In this document: one piece after another, positions 9,027 through 19,000 of the stretch
How the letters are laid out: the number at the start of each line of letters is the position of its first letter
Numbering within the stretch: the stretch's first letter is position 1
Assembly (NCBI GenBank): GCA_037447435.1
Contig: JBBIGR010000047.1
Span: forward strand, 1-35,528
Length of the DNA stretch: 35,528 bases
From: Fibrobacteria bacterium
GTDB lineage: Bacteria > Fibrobacterota > Chitinivibrionia > Chitinivibrionales > FEN-1185
Reading direction: 5' to 3'
Position numbers and translations under genes: made by a program
Notes under the pieces: generated by a model
What the model was told of the DNA's origin: nothing
Database searches by the model: none
What the model saw: only the letters and a program-made list of their open reading frames with translations

Positions 9027-9059
9027 ACGACAATATCTGTCGCGCCTCCCTGCGATATT
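9027..9059 (+). promoter_or_regulatory. WYL-type operator/promoter box 4 (AAA+ gene)
   Basis: ACGACA-ATATC-TGTCGC (9027-9043, 16/17 identical to box 1), N10, GATATT (9054-9059). Confidence 0.75.
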
Positions 9060-9104
9060 ATCTGTAACAAATAAAAGATTACACGATAATTATCAGGAGG
9101 TGTC

Positions 9105-11339
9105 ATGCTATCTAAAATTCCGGACAAATCCAAAGACGACGATTTTTTATACAAAAAAAAACATGATTATGTAATTAGATGCCTTGAATATTTGGGCACT
9201 ATTCCCAATGACGAAATACTTGGAGTTACGCTAAAATTTATTTCGCCAACATCAAAAAAGAAAATATTCGATTCGGTTCTCAAAGAGGCAAAAAAGACAA
9301 ACTCTATGTCGAAAAGTATGATTAATGAATTGGATTGGGAAAAACGCACCTATAGGATTGATGGAGGTCTTGAGCAATTAAATAATAAAGAAACACTTAG
9401 CCCATTAATATTTGAAGGTGTTTTCAAAAGTATAAAATCTTTGAAAACTGGATCAATCAAATTATCACTTAAGAATGGATTTAAAACAAAAATAGAATCT
9501 GTCAATAATATATTTGGCTTAAGTCAAATCGAATCTGAAGTGGTTTTGTTTTTGTATCTTTACAATACCAATTCAACCGTTGAGCGTTTGTATGATGAAA
9601 TGTGCTCCTATCTGGACATAAGAACGAACATCATTGCAGGAAAAAGCGTGCGGCTGCTTTCCATATTGACTGGCATGTCCAGAAACGATTTGGGCAAGGC
9701 ATTTTATGAAGGTTCAACTCTTGTAAAAGCTGGTTTGCTCAACGATGACCGCGAATTAGCTCCAGAGTTAACAGAATTCCTTGAAGGTAATAGTCCTACG
9801 CCTATCAGCAGTAAATACTTCTCACAATTTTCCGGTGAGACCATTCCATTTGAAAATCACACGGTGGAAAAGCAACATATCGAAACCATTCAAACTATTG
9901 TTTCGCACAAGATCCCCGGGCATGGAATTAATGTGCTTTTATATGGCAAGCCGGGTACCGGTAAAACAGAATTTGCCCGGGCTTTGGGAAAGCATCTCAG
10001 CAAAGCTGTTTATGAGGTGAAAATCCTGTCTGAAGACAGTAGAAACGACCGGAATTGGAGCATGTTCCGATCACGTGCACTCTATGCATGCCAACGAACT
10101 GTTGATCTTGAAAAGTCACTTGTCATAGTAGACGAGGCCGATGAACTTCTTAATACCGAATTTACTTCCATGTATTCCCGCAATATAGAAAAAGGGCAAA
10201 TTAACAAAATTCTTGATGATTCAAAAGCCGTTATAATTTGGATTACCAATTTGTCCTGCCTCATCGAGGAATCCACAATGCGGCGTTTTGATTATTCTAT
10301 TGCCTTCGACAAATTGACTTTTAACCAGAGGAAAAGTGTATGGCAACTTGGATTGGAAAAATATAGCCTTTCAACTACGTTCTCCCCGGATGAAATAGAT
10401 TCGTTTACCAATAATTATGAAATCAGTGCAGGTGGCATTGACGTTGCATTACGAAATGCAGCTAGGATAAAGGCTTCTGGTGTTGAAAAAACATCGATAA
10501 TTTCTGTGATGGAAAATATCATGAAAGCTCACGTGAAAGTTATTGATGAACAAAAATCACCGGCAGATCTGAAAAAAACCAATGCTCCGTCTTACAGTCT
10601 CGATGGATTAAATATAAAGACCGATATACCGGTAACTTTGAAGGTTATTGACAGATTTAATTCCATATGGAATGGCCCTCAGGAAAATATGGCCATAAAA
10701 AATATGAATTTATTACTCTATGGACCTCCCGGAACCGGCAAAACCGAATTTGCAAAATATATAGCCCGTTCTATGAATCGTCGACTAATTGTGAAAAGGG
10801 CAAGTGACCTTTTGAATTGCTATGTAGGGGAGACCGAACAACTTATCCGGACAGCTTTTTCCGAAGCCGAAAAAGACAAGGCAATTCTGTTTATCGACGA
10901 GGCAGACAGCATGCTTGGTACGCGTGAAGGCGCCAGCCATTCCTGGGAAATATCTTTTGTGAATGAAATGCTCACAAACATGGAATCCTTTTATGGCATG
11001 TTAATATGCTCAACAAATTTTAAAAAGGTTGTAGATAGTGCTGCAATACGGCGGTTCAATATCAAGCTGGAATTCGATTTCCTTTCGCCGCAAGGTAATC
11101 TTGTTTTCTATAATCTATTTCTAAAAAATCTTTCTGTAGCAGGTCTTTGCGATAAAGAGCTTTTAAAACTATCAGGTCTATATGGGCTTACTCCAGGAGA
11201 TTTTAAAGTGGTTCATCAGAAAAACGTTCTTATGGATAAATGCGATTTGTCCCATGAGCGGCTCATTGCAGCTCTAGAGGGTGAACTGTATGCGAGGAAT
11301 GAAAATTATGGGAAAAAGATAGGTTTTGTAGGTACGTAA
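9105..11339 (+). CDS. AAA+ ATPase with two AAA modules
   Basis: Walker A GKPGTGKT and GPPGTGKT, Walker B IVDEAD and FIDEAD, Arg fingers MRRF and IRRF, C-terminal KIGF; RBS AGGAGG. Confidence 0.9.
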   Translation: MLSKIPDKSKDDDFLYKKKHDYVIRCLEYLGTIPNDEILGVTLKFISPTSKKKIFDSVLKEAKKTNSMSKSMINELDWEKRTYRIDGGLEQLNNKETLSPLIFEGVFKSIKSLKTGSIKLSLKNGFKTKIESVNNIFGLSQIESEVVLFLYLYNTNSTVERLYDEMCSYLDIRTNIIAGKSVRLLSILTGMSRNDLGKAFYEGSTLVKAGLLNDDRELAPELTEFLEGNSPTPISSKYFSQFSGETIPFENHTVEKQHIETIQTIVSHKIPGHGINVLLYGKPGTGKTEFARALGKHLSKAVYEVKILSEDSRNDRNWSMFRSRALYACQRTVDLEKSLVIVDEADELLNTEFTSMYSRNIEKGQINKILDDSKAVIIWITNLSCLIEESTMRRFDYSIAFDKLTFNQRKSVWQLGLEKYSLSTTFSPDEIDSFTNNYEISAGGIDVALRNAARIKASGVEKTSIISVMENIMKAHVKVIDEQKSPADLKKTNAPSYSLDGLNIKTDIPVTLKVIDRFNSIWNGPQENMAIKNMNLLLYGPPGTGKTEFAKYIARSMNRRLIVKRASDLLNCYVGETEQLIRTAFSEAEKDKAILFIDEADSMLGTREGASHSWEISFVNEMLTNMESFYGMLICSTNFKKVVDSAAIRRFNIKLEFDFLSPQGNLVFYNLFLKNLSVAGLCDKELLKLSGLYGLTPGDFKVVHQKNVLMDKCDLSHERLIAALEGELYARNENYGKKIGFVGT

Positions 11340-11463
11340 TTCAATGTAAGTAATTATTGGGGGAGAGTCCAGAATTGTGTTTGAGAAAATTGTTGTTTAA
11401 AAAGATAAAGGAGTAAAATAGTATGGTCGGAATTTCAGCAATTTACTGTATTGGAGGAATAGG

Positions 11464-11583
11464 TTGATTTCATACTGTAATAACTATCCATCTCCAGAAA
11501 CGATTGAGTATGACGACCACTGGATTGCGATGTGCGAGATAGCGGAGCGGGAACGAATTATGGAAGAAAATGTAAACAAATAG
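11464..11583 (+). CDS. Possible 39-aa small protein (below the ORF-track cut-off)
   Basis: GGAGG at 11453-11457, TTG start, MISYCNNYPSPETIEYDDHWIAMCEIAERERIMEENVNK. Confidence 0.3.
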   Translation: MISYCNNYPSPETIEYDDHWIAMCEIAERERIMEENVNK

Positions 11584-11613
11584 TATACTTGAATCCAAAA
11601 AATTATAATGAAT

Positions 11614-13254
11614 TTAGTTTGATCGGGTGTTTTTCCGCAAAAGTTTTTCCATGAAATTCTTTCCGGAGTTTGCTTTTACGGAGTTGAATAACCCAGCTTT
11701 TTGATTTATTACATAGTCCTGCATAATAGCTTCAGGCGATTCCTTCGTAATTTTGGAATGAACTGATTGCAAGGCTTCAAGTAATTCGCTTGCGGTTTGA
11801 TAACGGTTTTCGGGATCTTTTTCAAGACTTTTTGTTATAATTGGTGAAAGGTCTTTGGGGACACCCTTCCTGAATGTGGAAATATCCTGAAACGTATTCT
11901 CTTCACGAGCTTTATAGAGATCCTGCATTTTCAATTGAGGAAAAGTCAATTTTCCAGTAATCATTTCATATATTGTTGCGCCCAGTGAATAAACGTCTGT
12001 CCTTTTATCCACGTTGTTTGTTTTCAATTGCTCCGGTGACATATAGGGGAGCGTACCAATTACATTGTCCAGCTTTGTGTTAATTGAAACTTCGGTTGGG
12101 CGGGCTAATCCAAAATCAGAAAGTTTTACTATACCATCTTTAGAAATGAGAATATTGTGCGGTTTAATATCACGGTGCATGATGCCGTTGTAGCGTTCTC
12201 CATAAATACTGCAAACTTTTTTATGGGCATAAGCCAGCGCTCTGGCGCTAAAAATTGAAATGGATGTTATTACTTCAAAAGGCAAAGCCCCTTTGCTATC
12301 GAGAAATGTTTTTAAATCAAAACCGTCTATATATTCCATTTCGATATAGGGGAGCCCCATGAACTCGCCATATGCATAAATGTCCACAATATTTGAATGA
12401 CGAAGTTGAGCCGTTATTTTGGCCTCAATTTCAAAACGTTTTTTCATTGATTCAAATTCTTCAGGAGAAGAACAAAAAAGATGCAGAAGAATAACTTTAA
12501 CGGCACGATGGACTTCAAGAACCTCATTTTTAATCAAATATATTCGTGCTGTTCCACCTTGTCCAATAACCGCCGTTGTACATCCTGACCCAAGCATTGT
12601 TTTATTGTCAATATCCGGCAGATGCACGGATTGAATGTTTTTAAACCGGTCTAAGGAGCTAACAATCTGTGTTGTGTTAATTGATTTTGTTGTTTGTTGC
12701 TGATCTTCTACAAATGTTTTACTAACCGAAAAAGGATTTTCTTTTTTAGATTCATCGAGAGTAGTTGTTGCTTTTTGACCTGTAGAAACGCTTTGTCGAA
12801 GTTCCAGCTTACTATTTTCTTTTTTAGCGATAGTTGTTGTGTTCCACCAGGCTACTAATTCCTCGATGTCGTTGACAAAAGGTTTAACTCGTTTAGGGAA
12901 ATTTGTTCTAAGTATTTCCGCCCCGCCTTCACGGACGCTTTTCCGAAGCATATTTACCCATTTGAGAGCTGCAACTTTAAAAATATCGTCGGTGTTATAA
13001 CAGGAGACAAAATTATCGTACCCGTATGCTTGATAAGCCCACAATAGGTCAGTCATAACGGGAATAAATTTTAATACTATTTCGGGGATTTCTGGTTTAG
13101 TTTTTGCTTCATAACTGTTAAACCATATTTGAACTAAGTGCATCCAGGATTTTATATCGTCAATAGCAGGGTAAAGCCCATTCTGCCATTCCGTCGGGGG
13201 TACTTCATTTTTAAAAAAGTCTTTCAGACTTCCGGATTTGCGGCCGTTATTCAT
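11614..13254 (-). CDS. Cytoplasmic Hanks-type Ser/Thr protein kinase with an unknown N-terminal domain
   Basis: IGQGGTARIY, RAVK, HRDIKPHN, DFG, GTLPYMSPE, DVYSLG; no TM helix. Confidence 0.92.
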   Translation of the reverse strand: MNNGRKSGSLKDFFKNEVPPTEWQNGLYPAIDDIKSWMHLVQIWFNSYEAKTKPEIPEIVLKFIPVMTDLLWAYQAYGYDNFVSCYNTDDIFKVAALKWVNMLRKSVREGGAEILRTNFPKRVKPFVNDIEELVAWWNTTTIAKKENSKLELRQSVSTGQKATTTLDESKKENPFSVSKTFVEDQQQTTKSINTTQIVSSLDRFKNIQSVHLPDIDNKTMLGSGCTTAVIGQGGTARIYLIKNEVLEVHRAVKVILLHLFCSSPEEFESMKKRFEIEAKITAQLRHSNIVDIYAYGEFMGLPYIEMEYIDGFDLKTFLDSKGALPFEVITSISIFSARALAYAHKKVCSIYGERYNGIMHRDIKPHNILISKDGIVKLSDFGLARPTEVSINTKLDNVIGTLPYMSPEQLKTNNVDKRTDVYSLGATIYEMITGKLTFPQLKMQDLYKAREENTFQDISTFRKGVPKDLSPIITKSLEKDPENRYQTASELLEALQSVHSKITKESPEAIMQDYVINQKAGLFNSVKANSGKNFMEKLLRKNTRSN

Positions 13255-15028
13255 ATTTTTTTAATAGTTGTTTAGCTTTTAAGCACTTTTCGGTTTCATT
13301 CCGGCCACATGATTCTTTAATAAATTGATTATAGGCATCAAGCATGTCTTTTTTGCTTGCAGAGTCCTGTAATGTGTTGAAATTATTAAGGTAAATATCA
13401 GCCCGTTCATACAGGATGTCTTCCCTTGAAACTTCACCAATTCGAGTAGGGGCTACGGCAGCTTTGTCTATGTAGAGCATGGCTTTTTGATTGTTCTGCA
13501 TAACTTTAAAAGCCCTTGCAATAACCCAGTAATATCGTGCATCATTCACGTCGTAATGTTTACTAATACCAATAACGTCTTTTATTGAATGGGTCATATA
13601 ATATGAATCTGTCAATAGAATAACAGCACTGTCTCTTGTGGCAGAAGGCAAATTTTTAAATCCGGATTCTTGAATAAGGTTAATAACATCAGAGTATTTT
13701 CCGTTTTCATGGGCTGTTATTGCCTTAAAAAGAATAGAACTCTCTGCAATATGCTGGACTTTTTCCGGGATTATTTGGAATGGTTTAGCTGGCTTCAGTT
13801 TGGGCTGTTGAACTACAGACAGGCTTGCAGTAGTTTCCGTCCTAGGTGGCTTAATATCTGTTATTGCTGGTAAAGAATCTGTTCTGAGGACTGGTGAATT
13901 TACAACAGCGATTGTATCTTTCAGTGCTATCGCTTCATGCTTTTCAAGTTTATTTTTTGTTAAAAACCAGGAACCTGTCAGCAATAAAACAAGTAAAGGA
14001 AAAATAATAGCGATCAATTTTACGGGAAATTTCTTTTTTATACGAAATTTATCGACATCAATATTCGGGCGGTATTTTACGGGGTCGGCGGAGAATTGAT
14101 TTACAATTTCAGCTGCAGACTGATCTGTCAGGGTCTTAAGAACGTTGTTTGCAAATTCTTTGACCTCTTTATACGTCTGAATTCTGTTTTCGATTTTTGG
14201 TTCAAGGCATTCTCTCACAAGAGCAACAGCCATTTCAGGAGCTGATGGATTGGATTCCAAAACAGAATCATATTTTCCTTCATGCTTTGCGGAAGATGCA
14301 TCGTCCGGATTGCCGGGGAACGGACGAGCGCCGCAAAGCATTTCATAAAGAATTATACCTAAAGAAAAAATATCACTTCGGCAATCAACCGTTTTATTAT
14401 CATGTTGTTCGGGGCTCATGTATTCTACAGTGCCCCAGCCGGTGAAATCTTTTTCATCGCCTGTTTTGGCAAGTCCAAAATCTGCAACCTTTAAACCACC
14501 GGTCCTGGAGAACAATATGTTTTCTGGTTTTAAATCACGGTGTACAAGTGTCTCAGATGAACTGCCCCAAATTGAAAAAGATTTTGTACTGGCGTAATCC
14601 AAGGCATCTGCAATAACAGAAACTATGGATAATGCGATTATTGGATGCACTCTGGTTAATGCATCGAGCAATAATCGGAGCGACTTTCCATTGACCAATT
14701 CCATTTGGATAAAGGGGAGATTTTGAAATACTCCGCCCCCATAAACTCTCACAATGTTGGGATGGTCAAGACGGGCGGTTATTTTTCCTTCGGCCTCAAA
14801 TTTTCTTCGTAGTTGTTCAGGTTTCCCGGGTCTTAGAATTTTAATTGCCCGTTCCATTTCCAGGTCCACATCAAAAGCCCTATAAACCACACCCATGGCT
14901 CCGCCACCAATTTCTGCAATAATGCGGTAATTGCCTACCATGTCACCGGAATTAAGGGGAGGAGATACGTTTCCACCACTCGAGAGTGCAGATATGTGTT
15001 GAGAGATGTCGTTTTTAGAGTCTATCAC
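13247..15028 (-). CDS. Membrane Ser/Thr protein kinase with extracytoplasmic TPR-like region
   Basis: IGGGAMGVVY, RAIK, HRDLKPEN, DFG, YMSPE; TM LIAIIFPLLVLLLTGSWFL; Pro-rich linker; helical repeats at the C-terminus; GTG start. Confidence 0.92.
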   Translation of the reverse strand: MIDSKNDISQHISALSSGGNVSPPLNSGDMVGNYRIIAEIGGGAMGVVYRAFDVDLEMERAIKILRPGKPEQLRRKFEAEGKITARLDHPNIVRVYGGGVFQNLPFIQMELVNGKSLRLLLDALTRVHPIIALSIVSVIADALDYASTKSFSIWGSSSETLVHRDLKPENILFSRTGGLKVADFGLAKTGDEKDFTGWGTVEYMSPEQHDNKTVDCRSDIFSLGIILYEMLCGARPFPGNPDDASSAKHEGKYDSVLESNPSAPEMAVALVRECLEPKIENRIQTYKEVKEFANNVLKTLTDQSAAEIVNQFSADPVKYRPNIDVDKFRIKKKFPVKLIAIIFPLLVLLLTGSWFLTKNKLEKHEAIALKDTIAVVNSPVLRTDSLPAITDIKPPRTETTASLSVVQQPKLKPAKPFQIIPEKVQHIAESSILFKAITAHENGKYSDVINLIQESGFKNLPSATRDSAVILLTDSYYMTHSIKDVIGISKHYDVNDARYYWVIARAFKVMQNNQKAMLYIDKAAVAPTRIGEVSREDILYERADIYLNNFNTLQDSASKKDMLDAYNQFIKESCGRNETEKCLKAKQLLKKYE

Positions 15029-15144
15029 AGATGGAAATCCTTGTCGCGCCGGGCGTTGTGCATTTATATTTTGTATTCATAATATAATTTGAGGTTCCCC
15101 TGCATTAAAGCGAAAGCGCACCAATTGCTAAACAAGAGTAATAC

Positions 15145-16071
15145 ATGACAAAAATATTAAAAGGCATCCAGATTTTCTTTTGGCTTTTTCTAACGGTTAT
15201 TCACAATCCCGAAGCTGCTGGAAAAGACAATGTTTGGAAAGATCCTGGAGATATAGATCGAACCACTGTTTTGTCACAACATTACCTTTCCAAGGGAATG
15301 CGACTTTTAAAGGATACTCTGATCACGGGGACATATCTTAGCGATAAATATGTAGCATCAGGAAAAGTTGTAATTCCAGAAGGACAAACAGTAACTTTTG
15401 AGGAAGGCACGATCATTTTTTTTGAGCCAAAATCCCAAATAGACGTAAATGGGACGTTGGTGTCGAAAGGAACAACAAGTAAATTAGTTCGATTTCAAAT
15501 TGCAAATAAAAATGATTTGTATATTGAGCCCGAATCCTCAGATTTGGAATGGAATGGAATTTATATAGGAGAAACGGGAAAGCTGATTTTTGAAAATGTT
15601 TTGATAATGAACGCTGTTAATGGAATTACAAGTAAAGCGCCGTGTAATTCGATTTCAATTCAGCAATCTACGTTGATGAGAATTAGTCAAACACCTCTCA
15701 CTATTTTAGGTAATGCAGTTCAAGGTTCCTACGACCATCTGTTTTCTTTAAATTGTTTAAAGCTTAAGTTTGCGAATACTAAATCAACACCTGAAACGGT
15801 TCTGACAAAGCCCGCGTCATCTACAAAACCCTCGAATTCACGATTGGTTTTCCGCTGGACTTTAAATGGCGTAGCAGCAATAGGGGCGGGACTTACCGTG
15901 TATGAATATCTTGCTGCACAGGATTATAAAAACAAATATCATTCTGCAACAAATCCAGGTCTTTTGAGCGATTACAATTCAAAATATAAAACCAGTTCTA
16001 ACACATCAACCGCATGCATGATTGTAACCGGCGCGGCACTTATCGGGTTAGGTGTGACGTTTTTATTTTAA
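15145..16071 (+). CDS. Exported protein with a right-handed beta-helix region and C-terminal hydrophobic hairpin
   Basis: Signal peptide; VVIPEGQTVTFEEGTIIFF..IDVNGTL..WNGIYI; two Gly/Ala-rich hydrophobic helices at the end. Confidence 0.7.
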   Translation: MTKILKGIQIFFWLFLTVIHNPEAAGKDNVWKDPGDIDRTTVLSQHYLSKGMRLLKDTLITGTYLSDKYVASGKVVIPEGQTVTFEEGTIIFFEPKSQIDVNGTLVSKGTTSKLVRFQIANKNDLYIEPESSDLEWNGIYIGETGKLIFENVLIMNAVNGITSKAPCNSISIQQSTLMRISQTPLTILGNAVQGSYDHLFSLNCLKLKFANTKSTPETVLTKPASSTKPSNSRLVFRWTLNGVAAIGAGLTVYEYLAAQDYKNKYHSATNPGLLSDYNSKYKTSSNTSTACMIVTGAALIGLGVTFLF

Positions 16072-16090
16072 CGGAGACATTTTTTCACAA

Positions 16091-19000
16091 ATGAATAAAC
16101 TTCGAATCATTTTATTGTTGCTTGGCATTTTTAGCGGCTTTTATTGCGCTAATAATTTAAATGACAATCCAATTGACCCAAATTTTAATGGCGACTACCA
16201 TTTATCTATTTCAAAAACAACTCTTCCGGATACTCTATACACAGATACCCTGTACCGATTGCCTTTGGTTACGGGAAAAGACACGTTCTTGACCATTGGA
16301 ATAATTAGGCCTGGTGCAGATACCATAAATCTCACTTCATCCGTTATTTCTTCTGGAAAAGATAGCGTTTCTATTTTGTTTGTAAAGTCTTATTCAGGAT
16401 CAATAGTTCTTCGAGCTGTGCAACCGAATGGAAAAGAAAAATTCGATAGTGTTGTAGTAACTGTTAAAACAAGAAATAATTGCCCGGCGATTCCTATCAT
16501 TCGATTAAAATCCGATTCAATTGTAGTTTCAGTAAATGATCCGGTTTCACTTACAGCAACCGATTCCCTCGGAACATCAATAAATTATTCCTGGAAAATC
16601 ATTGGGCTTGGACGCGATACAAATTCCAGTAAAATATGGAACCATACATTTTCCGACACTGGTGCATATTTAGTTACCGTTTCGGGAACAAACCAATGCG
16701 GCTTAACAGGACAACCAGATACTGCAAAAATATTTGTGCATCATTTCAGCTATCGTCTTACTGTTTTATCAATACCAGACACCATACGCATTAAAAAACA
16801 ACAAATTCTGACGGTCGGAATAGATAATCCCGCAGATTTTATAGCTCATAAAGGTTCATATTATTGGCATATTGAGAAAAATTCTGTTTCACTGGATACG
16901 AATGGGCCTAATCTTGACACTTTAAAAATTACACTTTCAGATAGTTGTCGTTTTCTGGTCAGAGTATTTGCAGCTGATACAACGGGCAATAAATCAGCTC
17001 CAATTGAACGGACTCCTGTAGTATGGCTGTATCGGCCAATATGCTCTTTTGCATCACGACTTTTTTCTGGTGGGATTAATGACCCGGTTAATTTTTCCGT
17101 AAACGCCAACGACGCAAATGCGGATGGCTCTATAGCAGATATTAAGTACCGTGTAAAACCTCCCTTTGCAGATACAACAACAAAAAGTACTGCAGGAACA
17201 AAAACGTTTTCAATAAATTTTCCTTTTACGGGTTCTTTTAGCATTGAGACCTGGGCTGTTGATAATGAAGGTTTATCATCAGGGCATGACAGTGCTTTAG
17301 TTGCAATTTCAGCAGGAAAACCATATTTCCCTATTAGAAGCCTAGACACAACTTTTTTCATTAATGTACCAATTACCTTTAACGTTATTGCGCAGCCTGG
17401 TGCAACAGGGTTAACGACCACCGAATATTTGTGGAGGCAGAAAGGAAAAACCGATACAATAACAACGATCGGAACTTTAACCAGATCCTTTAACCGTGGT
17501 GGACCGGATACATTATTTGTACGAGCTAAAAACAGTCAGGGAGATACGTCACTAACCTCATGTATAATTGTTGTAAAAGTCGATTCGGGAGTTCCGCAAA
17601 TCAAACTGGCAAAACTCGATACAAATTGGATTTATATGGGAGGAACGGTTTCGCTTCGCGTCTCGGCCAAAGATACGAACGGAACCATCCGGTCAATAGT
17701 TGTAGATACTAACGGGAAAAGTATTGCTCAGGTTAGTGCTACTACAAATAGTCAATTAATTGATACCGCTATTAAGCTCACATTCCCAATCCCGGGAAAA
17801 TATCCTGTAAAAGTCTTGGTGAGGGATAATGATAATTTATCATCAGTTACTTGGTTTGTTGATACTGTAACCGTGGATAAAGGAGCTCCGGTAGTGACCG
17901 GGATTACCCCCGATACTGCATGGTTATTCGATACGACAACGTACACGATAAATGCCACTGATAATAAAGCCGTGACAAAATGGTTCATTTCGCCCAATGG
18001 GACCTCTTGGAGTTCAGACAACGGTGCAGCAACGTTCAAATATGCCTTTAGTGATAGTGGCAAACAATTTTTATATGTAAAAGTACAGGATGGCGACGGC
18101 AATGAATCGACTGTTAAAAAGGATTCCGTTTGGGTAAAACCTGTGAGGCCAATTATATCTTCGATCAATGTACTTGGCGTACAGGAAAATGCCCTTTTTA
18201 TAAATCAGTCCTACCAATACAGTGTTTCTGCTTCTATTTTGCATGGAGCAATTTCAAAAATCTTCATAAGCTGGAATGGATCAACCACGACTCCCGACGA
18301 CTCTGTTGTTAAAAGTGGGAATACGGTAATCGATACATTTACACATTTCTACCCAATTAATGCTTCAGGCCTTAATACAATTCGAACTTGGGCCGTAAGC
18401 ACTGGTGGTTTATCTTCGGTTCTTTTCTCAAAACAAGTTACAATGCGACTTGGGAGACCTGTAGTTGATGGAATTACGCCGCAGACCATTTGGGTAAATG
18501 ACGACACTACCTTTACTATTACATCGCACGACACCAATGGGACCGTTGATAGCCTTATTGTTGCTTGGGGAGACGGAACAGCACAAATAAGGAAAGCACG
18601 GGCTGATTTAATTACGCACAAATATGCTACGTCACAATATGGATCCAAAACGGTTAAGATTGTTGCAAAGGATAATGATGGCTTTTATTCAGATACTGCT
18701 TCACTATCGATAACCGTAAATCTTGGTAAGCCGGTCATATCAGGAATATCTTCTGATACAAATTTATCGAAAATATTTATAAATGATCCGGTTACATTCA
18801 CAATTTCCTATTCTGATCCAAATGGTTCTGTTGATTCGATAAGTGTGGATAATGGCAATGGGGTTTATAGTGCCTTTGTTAAGGCCACTACGAGTGTTTA
18901 TGCTTTAAGCCGCACATTTACAAAGTCTGAAGTTGGAAATAAAACCGTTCGAGCTATTGTTAAAGATAATGACGGTGTGCTATCAGATACTACTAAAATG

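Noticed and set aside
11422..11430. TATGGTCGG matching the tRNA 3' end junction as a second att site
   Set aside because: Only 9 bp, plausible by chance, with no arm repeats nearby
15031..15063. TGTCGC upstream of the kinase and beta-helix genes as a fifth WYL box
   Set aside because: The left half-site is absent (ATGGAA) and the hexamer 10 bp downstream is GTGCAT
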